From Octopus vulgaris (taxonomy: Eukaryota), in assembly GCA_951406725.2 (NCBI GenBank), contig OX597833.1, positions 15,004,001 through 15,068,000 on the forward strand: a DNA stretch of 64,000 nt, read 5' to 3'. The notes below the pieces were generated by a model, which saw only the letters and a list, made by a program, of their open reading frames with translations, had not been told where the DNA came from and did no database searches. Made by a program: the position numbers and the translations under genes. The stretch's first letter is position 1. Each line of letters starts with the position of its first letter. This document shows positions 26,105 to 39,243 of this stretch, piece after piece.

Positions 26105-26672
26105 GTAGATGGATGGATGATGATGGTGATGATGATGATGATGACGATGTGGAAGAGAGCTGGGAGGACGTCAATTACAATGATGATGATGGAGATGACG
26201 AGGATACTCATGATGATGATGCAAAGGCGTGATGATGATGAAGATGGTGATGATGATGATGGCGGAGAAAGTGATGCTGCTACATCTGATGATGATGATG
26301 ATGATGATGATGATAATAATGATGATGGTGGTGGTGGTGGTGGTGATGAAGATGATGATCATGACGATCAGGAGGAAGAGGACAGGGACGACAACTACAA
26401 TGATGATGATGATGATGATAATGGTGGTGATGATGAGGATGATGATGATAATGATGATGATGATGATGGAGATTGTGATAATGGTGGAGATGGTGATGAC
26501 GATGATGATGATGATGGCGCAGATGATGATGATGATGATACTGATGAGGACGGTGATGATGGGGAGGATCATCAGGAGGACGATGACGACGACGATGATG
26601 ATGATGATGTCAATAACGATGACAATAATTATGATGTTGAGGAGGAGGAGGAGGAGGAGGAGATGGAGGAAG
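26105..26672. repeat. Degenerate (GAT)n/(GAG)n trinucleotide array
   Basis: Directly visible. Confidence 0.92.
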
Positions 26673-27478
26673 GAGAGTGCGGGAATGGTTATGTTGAAAG
26701 AGGGGGATTTGCTTTTTTTTTTTTTACAATGATTATCACAATCAAATTAATTCTGAGAATAACAGTCAGTTGTGTTCCGCCTGCAGTCTAATTAGTAATC
26801 ATCGCAAAGCCAGCCGTGAAAACATGTCACAGACATCACTTTTAATGACAAAAGTTCGCTCATTAATTTTTAGATAGAAAATGCCGGATACTAACAAGAA
26901 ATAATTTAAATAGTTAAAATCGAAATATTAATTTTAAAGAGGTGGCTATAGCATTTGTATGACCTATCAGTGAGATAATTGTTTAGAAATTAGAAATTGA
27001 ATATAATTCGATTTGTTGTGAAGCGTATGTAATAAAACTTGACTAACCCCCAGCCTTTCATATAACTAACGAGCGATCACAAGAGGTCGAATATGTTCGA
27101 TTTGGTTTCGAATAGATAATATTGTGCCAGCGGTGAATGTTTTGATATATAAATACGAATATGAAATATTGTAATTCTTGGTTTAAAAATTGAAAAAAAA
27201 AAAAAAACTAACGAAAAAAATCTAAAAAGTATCAAAGCAAAATATAAAAAAAACAACAACAAATCAATCGATCGATCATCTGTGCTTTCAGTCTTTTAAA
27301 GTAATTCAATATGATATATTACTATATTTATATTATTTTTTTCTCTTTTTGTTGCTTCATATATTATTCAATATTGTTTGTGGTGTTGTTTCTGTGTTGC
27401 ATTTTTTACCGAAGAATCTCTCTATTTCTGTATGTATGTATGTATGTATGTATGTATGTATGTATGTATGTATGTATG

Positions 27479-27540
<62 letters not shown>

Positions 27541-27689
27541 TATATATGTGAGCGTCTATTTTTGCGTGCGCTTGTGTGTATAGATGTGTGTGTATCAGTG
27601 AAAAATATATATGCATATATGCATATATATTTATACTTATATATTTTTTTCTATAGTTTCAGCTCAGAGCTGCGGCCGCCACTACAGAC

Positions 27690-27845
27690 ATTTTTTCTCT
27701 CCTTGTTTTTTCTGTGTCTATTTCTGTAGAAGAGCGTAGGCTCGAAACGTAAAAGACTCTTTCTATTCCTGAGCGTTATACTAATACATTTGTTTGTTTT
27801 GTACACCACCTGTCTTCGTTTTCTGGGTTTTTTTCCGTAAACTCT

Positions 27846-27848
<3 letters not shown>
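27690..27848 (+). mobile_element. Short (TA)n-anchored element with minimal hammerhead-like motif (Penelope-like pseudo-LTR fragment)
   Basis: TTT-CTGTAGA-A-GAGC-GTAG-GCTC-GAAACGTA-AAA at 27721-27754; homologous to 63112-63247. Confidence 0.65.
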
Positions 27849-27912
<64 letters not shown>

Positions 27913-27938
27913 ATATTATATATATATATTTATATATT

Positions 27939-28274
27939 GTGAAGGCGCATGGCTCAGTGGTTAGAGCGTCGAGCTTACGATCGTGAGGTTGTGAGCTCGA
28001 ATCCCAGACCGGGTTGCGTGTTGTGTTCTTGAGCAAGACACTTTATTTCACGTTGCTCCAGTTCACTCAGCTGTAGAAATGAGTTGCGACGTCACAGGTG
28101 CCAAGCTGTATCGGCCGTTGCCTTTCCCTTTGGACAACATCGGTGACGTGGAGAGGGGAGGCCGGTATGCATGGGCGACTGCTGGTCTTCCATAAACAAC
28201 CTTGCCCAGACTTGTGACTAGGAGGGTAACTTTCTAGGTGCAATCCCATGGTCAGTGTCGTGACCGAAGGGGGT

Positions 28275-28286
<12 letters not shown>
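27939..28286 (+). mobile_element. tRNA-derived CORE-like SINE family D
   Basis: A box TGGCTCAGTGG, B box GCTCGAATCC, GTTGTGTTCTTGAGCAAGACAC, (CAA)n tail; embedded in (TA)n. Confidence 0.85.
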
Positions 28287-28351
<65 letters not shown>

Positions 28352-28451
28352 TTATGTATAAACATAAGCACAGAGACTCACACATAATATATACATATAT
28401 ATACGTACATTTGTGTGTGTGTCTCTGTGTTTATGTTAATATACATACATA

Positions 28452-28551
<100 letters not shown>

Positions 28552-28715
28552 AACATATACATACATACATACATAGTACTCCAGCATTTCTGCAGTCACA
28601 TAACTGAAACAAGTAAAACAATTTGTATTTGTATATTCATATGTCTGTCTCTGTGTTTATGATCATGTGTGTATATATATATATATATGTTTTTATATAT
28701 ATATATATATGTATG

Positions 28716-28782
<67 letters not shown>

Positions 28783-28792
28783 TTACAATATA

Positions 28793-29984
28793 CAGGGGTT
28801 GCACAAAATAATGGAAACAACTTAAAATTACAAATTTATTTTAATAAGAGGTAGGACCGCCTTTGGCAGTAATAACAGCTTGAATTCTAAGAGGTATTGA
28901 CTCGTACAAAGTTTGAATTGTTGCCAACGGAATTTTTGTCCATTCTTCATCTAAAACAGTCTCCAGTTCTTGTAGTGTTGATGCTGGAGGATATCGACTC
29001 CTTACTTGTTTTTCTAAAATGCACAATAAATTTCCAATAATATTGAGCTCTGGGGACTGTGGTGGCCAGATAAGATGTTCAACTTCACTAGAATGTTCCT
29101 CGTACGATTCAGTAACGGATTTAGCTGTGTGAATTAGTGCATTATCATGCTAAATAATTGTGTTCTGCAACGAAACAATGAGTTTGATCATATAAAATGC
29201 TTAAATAGTCTTGACTATTAATTCTGCCATGAAGGGAAACCATTGGGCTGGCGGATTGCCAACATATGGCCCCCAAGATCATCACAAATCCTCCTCCATG
29301 TTTAACGGCGGTCGGAAATAAAGTACAGAATCACCCGTCCAAGAAAATAACATTCTTCCACTGCTCTAGGGACCAATTCTGTCGGTGTTTAATCCACTCT
29401 AAACGCTTTGGAACGCTTGTTTTAGAAATTAGTGGTTTTCTAATTACTGCTCTCCCTTGCAATCCGGCATGGTGCAGCTCCCGGCGAATGGTTTTTGTGG
29501 AAACTGGATTGTCAAGGTGGTCATTAAACTCTGTAGTAAATTTTGGGAGCAATACGTTTGTGATCTTTTCTAGCTATTCACGTACGAGTCCGACGGTCCC
29601 TATCTGAAAAATTTAATTTTATACAAGAGTTTTGTTTCGACGATGAGGTTTTTCCCTCTTTCTCAACGGCTGTCAGTACATTCGAGTCAGTACTTTTTGA
29701 TACAACAAGCATTTCGATTGTTTTCATTACGCTAGCGCCTGCCATCCGAGAACCAACAATTTCACCTCTTTGAATGTCCGATATATCTGTCATTTTAAGT
29801 AATTTTAATTACCTTTTTCTGATAGTATCTGAAAAGAAACAGTAATTCTAGGAAAACATATTAAGCAACACTAATAAAAATATCCCCAAAACATGAAAAT
29901 AAACAAACTTTTGACGGTTTTATAGACAATTCAAAATTATGATGCTATGATGCTAGGTGTTTCCACTATTTTGTCCAACCCCTG
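28793..29984 (-). mobile_element. Tc1/mariner DNA transposon, decayed
   Basis: 27-bp TIRs CAGGGGTTG(C/G)ACAAAATA(A/G)TGGAAACA, TA target duplication, transposase remnants. Confidence 0.95.
28841..29793 (-). pseudogene. Tc1-like transposase pseudogene (frameshifted)
   Basis: Fragments MTDISDIQRGEIVG..., VSTKTIRRELH...RKPLIS...WKNVIFLD, HDNA, WPPQSPELNIIG, AVITAKGGPTSY in different frames; the catalytic E position reads G. Confidence 0.92.
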
Positions 29985-30314
29985 TATATATTTGTATTCA
30001 TATATTGCACAAATCAACGCGATTCGTCGCTATGCAACTGGCAATTTTGCAGACATCTTACATAAACTTGGCTCCGCGTTCTCAGGTGGTGGAATTCAGG
30101 TTCTGTTAACCGGATTGTGTTTAAGTGAGATCCAGGAGCTAGATCTCTGTACGAAACCTACAGGGCGCCGTGATGTATAACCCAAGCACTTGGTGTAAAA
30201 CACTCAAACGTTGGCGTTATCTTCAAAAATCTTACTGCATTTCACATACAATTTTCTGTTGCTTTGCTGTTCCTGGTGTATAACTGCGATACTAAACTCT
30301 TTTGCTCTGGTGAA

Positions 30315-30366
<52 letters not shown>

Positions 30367-30431
30367 AAAGAAAAAACAGGATTCAAAGGACTTTGCGGCC
30401 AGGTGACAACGTAGGTGAGTTAGGTACAAGT

Positions 30432-30594
30432 AATTCAGGGTGAATACTTGATAACTGTAAGCACCTGTATATGCCAGTTAGTGGTGTAGGTGATAGGATA
30501 TATTTATCAAAAGAAAAATCCTTTGCATCCTATCACCTACACCACTAAATGGCATATACAGGTGCTTACAGTTATCAACTATTCACCCTGAATT
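30432..30594. repeat. 68-bp inverted repeat with 27-nt spacer
   Basis: Arms 30432-30499 and 30527-30594, 2 mismatches. Confidence 0.93.
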
Positions 30595-31204
30595 TTTTGT
30601 AACTTATATATGTATATATATAGAACACAACAAACCATATTCCGTCAATTTTACACAGTGAATGCTCGACGGTACAAGAGACCAGCTTTCAAAAGACCGT
30701 GCTGTGAATAAAATCTTACCGAGAAAATATCCGGGACATGCAATTACTGAAAATTTGAAGACAGTTTTAGAAATGATTCACACGAACACAAAATTTTCCG
30801 TAATAATATAATATTCAAGTAATCCAGTATTCCCATCCCATACCACGTGTTTATACTCAAACATCCGTTTCACTTTATTGGCTTTAACCTTTCACACAAA
30901 CAATGAATGTCTCAAATGTTTAAACGTTTTGAAATGATTTTGTTGTTCTTTCTTTTTGTAATTTTTTTTATATAGAAGGGGGGAGCCTTTCTGTTGCTTT
31001 CATGATTCTTTAAATTTGAAATCGTGAAAAGATGAGTTTGTACATTTCCAGCGATCAAAAACGCTTCATTTACAGTTTTAATTTTTTTTTTCCTAGCGCT
31101 TTCATAATTGCTATTTTCATAATTTTGTACAGAGCAAATATAACTTCGTTCGATAGTTTTGCTGCACGTTTGAATAAATATATATATATATATATACATA
31201 CACC

Positions 31205-31275
31205 ACTAGGCTGTAGTATTAAGTTAGATATGGCCTGGGCGTATACTGGCCAAAACTAATGAAAGTTATCAAAGA
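31205..31275 (+). mobile_element. Diverged tail-only CR1-like LINE fragment in (TA)n
   Basis: TATTAAGTTAGATATGGCCTGGGC...GGCCAAAAC. Confidence 0.7.
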
Positions 31276-31430
31276 TATATATATATATATATATAAGTAT
31301 AAATATGTGTGTATATATATAATATAATGTATTTATATACATATTATATATATATACATTATATTATATATATATGTATTTTTTTGTTCTTGTTTCAGCT
31401 CAGAGCTGCGGCCATGCTGATGCACCGCCT

Positions 31431-31466
<36 letters not shown>

Positions 31467-31755
31467 TATATATGTGTGTGTGTGTGCATGTGTAAGTACT
31501 TCCCATAGTCATTGGCATTCTAATACACCAATGTCCACCACGTGCCCTTTTTCCCTTTCTCCTTTTACGTCTCACTTTTCCTCCTATGGTTTTTCGACTC
31601 TTCTCATCTTTTTTTTTTCTTTTTTAGAGAGAGTAGCAATATTTGTGTTTTGAGCCTGAAAGGTTACCCCAAAATGCACAGTACTCTACACAAGCTCGTC
31701 CGACCAATATATGTTCAGAAGTACGTCACTTCTTGTGGGCCGCAATGAAATTCCG

Positions 31756-32860
<1,105 letters not shown>

Positions 32861-33213
32861 GTAAATATATGTGACAATTATTCGGTAGCCATGATAAAAA
32901 TTCCGAGTTTCAGATGTCGGGGTGGAAACTCTCGCCGGCATCTCTTCAGTTATCGGGCCATCGAAAAGAATGCTATACATATATATATATGTTTATAATG
33001 TCTGTGTATGTCTATTTATGTTTACACATATACACATTGCAGTTGCATGTGTGTTGTTAGTATATACTTTGTATATATGAATTGTGATGTGAAGTGTGAG
33101 TCGTTTCACTGACTTCATTTGATGGGAACATTGTATAAATCATCTACGAAGACATTAGAAAGCAATTGAATGACGAATCAACACGACGGAGAAAGAAATA
33201 TACATAGAGGAAT

Positions 33214-34308
33214 CTAATTGCTGGCGTTGTGAGTTGGATTATCTATTTCCAGTGCTGTGCCTTCCATGTTGTTATTCGCCGTTGCCAGTTCGTATTCGGA
33301 GTGGGAAAGCTTTCGCCGGAAAATATTTACAAAGATTTCGATAAGAGTGCTTCTAAAGGAAGAAGAGAACAAGATACAGAAAATGAACACGAGGACGGAG
33401 TTGAAAAGCGTGAGCAGTTGGGCTGCTGTTGACGTAAGGAAAAGTAAAATTAATCCATGTCCTCTCAACTGAAGGTTCTCCTCTAACAAATAGCAGATGT
33501 GTTCAGGTGATGTAATCAAGAAAAATGTAATGCAAATTACAGTACTAACGGATGTCATTTCATATTCCTCAGTGGCCAGCTGACCGAAATAATTGCTTCT
33601 GTCTCCTTTGATGATTATTCCCAGAACTACAGCTATATCAAAGAAAAGTAAAAGTATTAGCGGAATGTAATAATTAGCTGACATGGAGACCCAGAACCAC
33701 ACCAATTCGTGCATCTTGGGATTGTTTGGATTAATTTGATTGCACAATCCCGAGGTGAAGTAGGCACTCCACATGGCATGTATGTTAATAACTACAAGAC
33801 CTGTGAAGACCATGGCGATGGCGACCTTTGACATGAAGACGTTGCAACGCTCAGTTGCTTTTCTTGAATGCCAAAGAATAATATAGCGGTCAACAACCAT
33901 GCAGACTGCCAACCATGTGGCTGACGAATAGAGGACATTCCAACCGAATTGCCACAAACGGCAAAGGGGATCAGAAATGTGGGGAATGTGAGTTAGTTTG
34001 CAGTATGTAATTATCCATTCGAGTGCTGGTTTTAAAATTCTAACAAATATATCAATAACAATGAAGACTCGTAAATAGAAACCTATCGAACACTGGCGCA
34101 GATTTGACTGCCGCAGCACCACCAGGGCTAAAGAGTCACTTATCATGCCGAGGGTCAACAGAATTGGCGGGACATACGTTAATATTGGGAGTATGATTTG
34201 GTTGTAAATTAAGTGCACGTTCCCACCGATGTTGGGTCGTACATAGGTGATATTTGAATCGAGAGATTCTATCGAGAAGTTACCGAAACTTGGGTACGTT
34301 GTTTCCAT
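33214..34308 (-). CDS. Class A (rhodopsin-like) 7TM GPCR, orphan peptide-receptor-like (FMRFamide/GPR139-142-like invertebrate group), single coding exon
   Basis: 364-aa complex ORF; seven hydrophobic segments; N-terminal NFS/NIT sequons; TM2 Asp; Cys at top of TM3 (DPLCR) and in ECL2; VDRY motif; TM5 Pro (YYIP); TM6 Pro (TSPE); helix-8 SSSFR; start context AAAATGG. Confidence 0.93.
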   Translation of the reverse strand: METTYPSFGNFSIESLDSNITYVRPNIGGNVHLIYNQIILPILTYVPPILLTLGMISDSLALVVLRQSNLRQCSIGFYLRVFIVIDIFVRILKPALEWIITYCKLTHIPHISDPLCRLWQFGWNVLYSSATWLAVCMVVDRYIILWHSRKATERCNVFMSKVAIAMVFTGLVVINIHAMWSAYFTSGLCNQINPNNPKMHELVWFWVSMSANYYIPLILLLFFDIAVVLGIIIKGDRSNYFGQLATEEYEMTSVSTVICITFFLITSPEHICYLLEENLQLRGHGLILLFLTSTAAQLLTLFNSVLVFIFCILFSSSFRSTLIEIFVNIFRRKLSHSEYELATANNNMEGTALEIDNPTHNASN

Positions 34309-35066
34309 TTTGGGTTCGAGAGTAACATAAAAGATTCAATCGAAATATTAGAAAATACTAGAAAAAATGTGAATAAACAATTTTCGAAAAAAGTACGTTA
34401 AATAAACAGACGTGAGAGATAATAATTGTGGTGGGGGTAAATACAGACTAAGTTGCGAGGTGGTGGGGTGGGGGAATGAGACGGAGAGAATTGATTAAAG
34501 AATAAAAAGAAGAAATGAAAAAAAAAATATTTGGAGGGTCAGGTATGAGGGCGGGGTGCATGCAAATAAAAATAACTATATCAGAAATGAGGAGGAATAA
34601 AAAGACGGAAATTGAAGAAAACGGAATAACAAGAACGAAAAATGAAAAAAAAAAAAAAAAAAAAGAAAAAGACAGAGAGAGAAGTAAGGTTAGAAATGTA
34701 AATATGAATCTGTCAAGTATGCTTGAAATTCGCTCGTATGACCGTGAGTATATGTGTAGGCATTGGCATATTCAGGTATGGTCACGAAGATCAATATATG
34801 CAAATTGTTCATTGAATTCTATAAATGGAAACTAACATATTCCCATTTGATTTTTTTGATCGAATTTTTGATTTTTTTGATCGAATTTTCGATTTCCTTG
34901 AAATTTAAATATTTCAGTTTTTTAAAATATATTTTTAATAAAGAAAGTAATGGTGTGTCATATCCAGGTGATGCGTTCAATAGTTCGATGAAGAAAGAAT
35001 GTTTTGTTTGGTGTGGCGTTCTTTCAGTTCAGTTTCCTCATGTTTCTCTTTATGATGTTAATATCT

Positions 35067-35096
35067 CTGAAAATATAAAAAGAAAACAAAAAACGG
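35067..35096 (-). other. Candidate splice acceptor for a GPCR 5'-UTR exon
   Basis: Minus strand TTTTTTGTTTTCTTTTTATATTTTCAG|A, ~760 nt upstream of the ATG. Confidence 0.45.
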
Positions 35097-35637
35097 TTTA
35101 AGAAATATTATTTATTGGTAGTTCTCAAGCAAGAAGAAAATTATATTAAAGAAAAGAAGGCAATACAAGAATGGTTGTGTAATGTTTTAGGCAGAACCAC
35201 CATCAAAACGTAAAATATAGGGCAACCGGTGCTGAAAGCTGAATGACTTCGTATTAATGATTGAAGAAAAAGTGCAAATAGGAGAACTAAATCGTAATAA
35301 AGATAGGGAACGGCATCAGGGAGAGGATATATGAAAGAATCTGGTATAGTATGAAATGCATTGTTCGATTAGCAAAAATATAGTGTTGAGGGCGGTGCTG
35401 GAGATGTACAATCACAATAAAAACGCAAAAACACAAATATAGGCACTCATATATGTAGACACACACAAACACACAGGCAATCGCATATGAATGTGTGTGT
35501 ATATGTATATGTGTGTGTATATGTGTGTGTGAGTATGTGCGTATGTGTATGTGTATAGGTGAGGGGTCTAGCCGGTCTGTGCATGTATATCAGGAGGTCA
35601 GTAACCCAAAACTTCATGCGATGTGTCTAAAGTAGAA

Positions 35638-35678
<41 letters not shown>

Positions 35679-35679
<1 letters not shown>

Positions 35680-36965
35680 CAGTAGTTTTATTTTTATAGT
35701 GCTTTCACTTCACTACCGAGCGCAGCTCTGTGTGCCTTGAGTATGTGCTGTGGTTTGTTGTGATGCTCTTATGGTTTCTGTATTGAGAATATTTTACGTA
35801 GGATGTGTGCAGTGCCTAGTAGTGCAAATTTGTATATGTTATATATAATATTATTTGTAATTCCTGGTGATTTGTTATGTATTTTTCTAAAATAGAGATC
35901 TATTTCCCATTTCTTCATGCTAAAGCTAATTAATTCTATTTTGTTGTCTACTATATTGAATTTACTCAAACATTCACTGATCCATGAGTGTGAGATCATG
36001 TCATAGGCTTTCCTATAACCTATTCATGCTAGTGTTAGATTTTTCTTTATAGCTTTTACTTAATTAGGAACTGCTATATAATAGATCATGCGTTTCTCAA
36101 CCCTTCTTGCAGCAACCTTTCTTTTCTTTATGGCAGTAAATTCTGGTTGTCAAGGTGCTCGCAAATGCTTTCTGAAAGAATTCCTGTTAACAGCTTCCAC
36201 ACTAAGTGGAAATGGTAAGCAAGTGTTTGGTCTTTAATTGCTAGCTATATTACTCTTCATTTTGTCTTTCATAAGGAGTATTATTATCCTCCCTCTAGAC
36301 ATCCAATCTGGTTTTATTCGTCAATTAAGGCAATCCTGAAGTTGTTCCCTCAGCCTCCCATGTAGACTACTAAATTTCTTTAACCAGTACCCTTGAACTA
36401 AATCCGATCCTGGGCCCTTCCAGTCCAGCATTTCCCTAACACTTTTCTCAATAATGCACTATTTCGTCGCATATATGGCTGCTTCTCACTCAGTACTTCT
36501 TCACTCACTTTTTTAACAACACTGCCTATCCATTACGATTGACTGGATTATCCCAAACTTTAATCCAGCACTATCTAGCTTCTTCAGTATTAGGCTCATT
36601 ATCTTCACTTCTTTCTCGTTCACTATTTATTTTCTTATAAAATCTCATCTGGTCTTTCTCAAATGATCTTTTCTGTTGATACAGATCTGTTCTTTTCTGA
36701 TAACTGGAAAGCTTACCTGCTACTGCTATCGTATGCTGTTTCAGTTGCTCTAAGACTGTCGCAAATCTTTTTCTCCTTGACTAAGTATCTTTTCTCAAGC
36801 GAAGATTTAAATCTTGTGTTTCCTAACTTGAGCAGTTTTCAGGTTTCTATTCTATTCAGATTTTGTCTTAAAGTTTTCAATTTATTTTGTAGTTTCCTTT
36901 TCCATTCTTGCTAAGTAGGTTTTTTGTGGGAATATTGTCGTTTCTCTAATCTTTTCTTCACATAG
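35679..36965 (-). mobile_element. R4/Dong-like (restriction-like endonuclease) LINE remnant with internal deletion
   Basis: Degenerate WKGPGSD.VQGYWLK, W...GR..L..KD, R...C, AYD..SHSWISECL and C-terminal ALLGTAHILRK; the 3' end abuts (ATT)n at 35640-35678. Confidence 0.8.
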
Positions 36966-37002
36966 AATCGTTAAGATTTTCGCGGATGCATAGTACATAC
37001 TC

Positions 37003-37183
37003 TTTCTCTTTTACTTGTTTCAGTCATTTGACTGCAGCCATGCTGGAGCACCGCCTTTTAGTCGAGGACTTATTCTTTGTAAGCGTAGTACTTATCCTAT
37101 CGGTCTCTTTTGCCGAACCGCCAAGTAACGGGGACGTAAACACGCCAGCATCGGTTGTCAAGCGATGTTGAGGAGACAAACAC

Positions 37184-37230
<47 letters not shown>

Positions 37231-37411
37231 CATATATATATATATATACGACGGGCTTCTTTCAGTGTCCGTCTACCAAATCCACTCACAAGGCTTTGGT
37301 CGGCCTGAAGCTATAGTAGAAGACACTTGCCCATGGTGCCACGCAGTGGGACTGAACCCGGAACTGTGTGGTTGGTAAGCAAGCTACTTACCACACAGCC
37401 ACTCCTGCGCC
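37003..37411 (-). mobile_element. SINE family A
   Basis: Reverse-complement homology. Confidence 0.92.
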
Positions 37412-37618
37412 TGTGGTTCGGGATCTGTAATATTAACTTCATTAACTGAAATAATATTCTTAAGTGCAAGGGGGATTTTACCAATTATTTCCAGGTTTTT
37501 GGTTAGAATTGCGAATTTTGGAGAAAGTGTCCAGTTCATTCATACTGGTTTCTTTAATTTCTTTAATTTTCAGCGGTTCAATCCTGATTTAATTTTTTAG
37601 ATCATGTAGTTCTGTAAC

Positions 37619-37654
37619 TTATATTATTATTATTATTATTATTATTATTATCAT

Positions 37655-37741
<87 letters not shown>

Positions 37742-37805
37742 CGCTGCAACTTCTACTACTACTACTATTATTATTATTACTACTACTATTATTATTACTA
37801 CTATT

Positions 37806-37858
<53 letters not shown>

Positions 37859-37946
37859 CATCATCATCATCACCATTATTATTGTTGTTGCTGTTGATGT
37901 TGTAGTTGTCAATACAATCATCCTTATCATCATCATCATCATCATT
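37619..37946. repeat. Compound trinucleotide array (TAT)/(TAC)/(TGC)/(CAT)
   Basis: Directly visible. Confidence 0.95.
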
Positions 37947-38404
37947 TTATGATCACTTACATCGGCAATATTATAATTGACGTTAGTGAAGTTTTCTTGG
38001 TTCATAATGTCGGTGTCGTTGCATTCGTTGTCGCTAGCGTTCTCGCCAGATCTCAGAGTTTTGATCTGCTCCATAAGTTCAAATCGAACGTTTATTTTTT
38101 CCAGTTAATTTCGAGCTTCTGCAAACGATTTCTGTGTATTTTGCTGAGGAAGTTACAGTGAACGGAGAAATATTAATTCAGGTGCAACAGCATCTATACT
38201 GATCAAACGTAATTCGAAAGTATATTTTTTGATGCTTTGAAAAATTCAAACTGCATATCGTGTCATGTGATGCGAAAGAGAGGAGAACAGAACGGGTTGG
38301 ACGGTCACGGAAAGCGTGGCGGAATTTACATTGTGATTAAATCGACAGTTCTTCACATTAAGAGCCAGCAGTAAAAATAAAATTAGTAGAAAAAATTATT
38401 TCTA

Positions 38405-39243
38405 ATGTTGGCTCAAGGCCAATGATTTTCAGGTGAGGTTCGTGTCGAAATCGTCAGCCTCAGAGCTTGAGTGGTTCTTTGTTTGAAGGGAGATGACAGA
38501 ATAAATGGCAAAGTTGAACTCAGAGAAATTTGATTTTGAAGTACGGGGCGATTCGAATATATCAGTCTAAACTGCCTGAGAGGAACTTTGTTTCAAGGAA
38601 CAATGTTTTAAAGAAAGAATGGCAAAGTTGAAAACGGCGAAATTTGAATTCAAAATGAAAAGAGACGCAAGAAATACCTATTTCTTTACTACCCACAAGG
38701 GGCTAAAACACAGAGAGGACAAACAAGGACATACCGACGTATCAAGTCAATTGTATTGACCCCAGTGCGTAACTGGTATTTATTTAATCGACCCCGAAAG
38801 GCTGAAAGGCAATGTCGACCTCGGCGGAATTAGAACTCAGAGCGTAACGGCAGACGAAATACCCATTTCTTTACTACCCACAGGGGGCTAAACACAAAGA
38901 GGACAAACAATGACATACAAACGTATTAAGTCGATTATATCGACCCCAGTGCGTAACTGGTACTTATTTAAACGACCCCGAAAGGATGAAAGGTAAAGTC
39001 GACCTCGGCGGAATTTGAACTCAGAACGTAACGGCAGACGAAATACCTATTTTTTACTACCCACATGGGGCTAAACACAGAGGGGAAAAACAAGGACAGA
39101 CAAACGTATTAAGTCGATTATATCAACCCAAGTGCGTAACTGGTACCTATTTAATCGACCCCCGAAAGGATGAAAGGAAAAGTCGACCGCGGCGGAATTT
39201 GAACTCAGAACGTAGCGACAGACGAAATACCGCTAAGCATTTA
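38405..39243 (-). mobile_element. SINE family B: three young units (38675-39243) followed by old degenerate copies
   Basis: ~184-bp units; degenerate GGCAAAGTTGAA...GAATTTGA motifs at 38505 and 38620. Confidence 0.88.

Noticed and set aside
26117-26791. 224-aa Asp-rich ORF resembling acidic biomineralisation proteins
   Set aside because: It is a (GAT)n microsatellite open in several frames (poly-D, poly-M, poly-I), with no signal peptide or supporting gene structure
28841-29793. Active Tc1 transposase
   Set aside because: Multiple frameshifts and degenerate catalytic motifs
37619-38074. 151-aa hydrophobic ORF (poly-I/V/A), and similar ORFs at 60216-60844
   Set aside because: Translations of trinucleotide microsatellites
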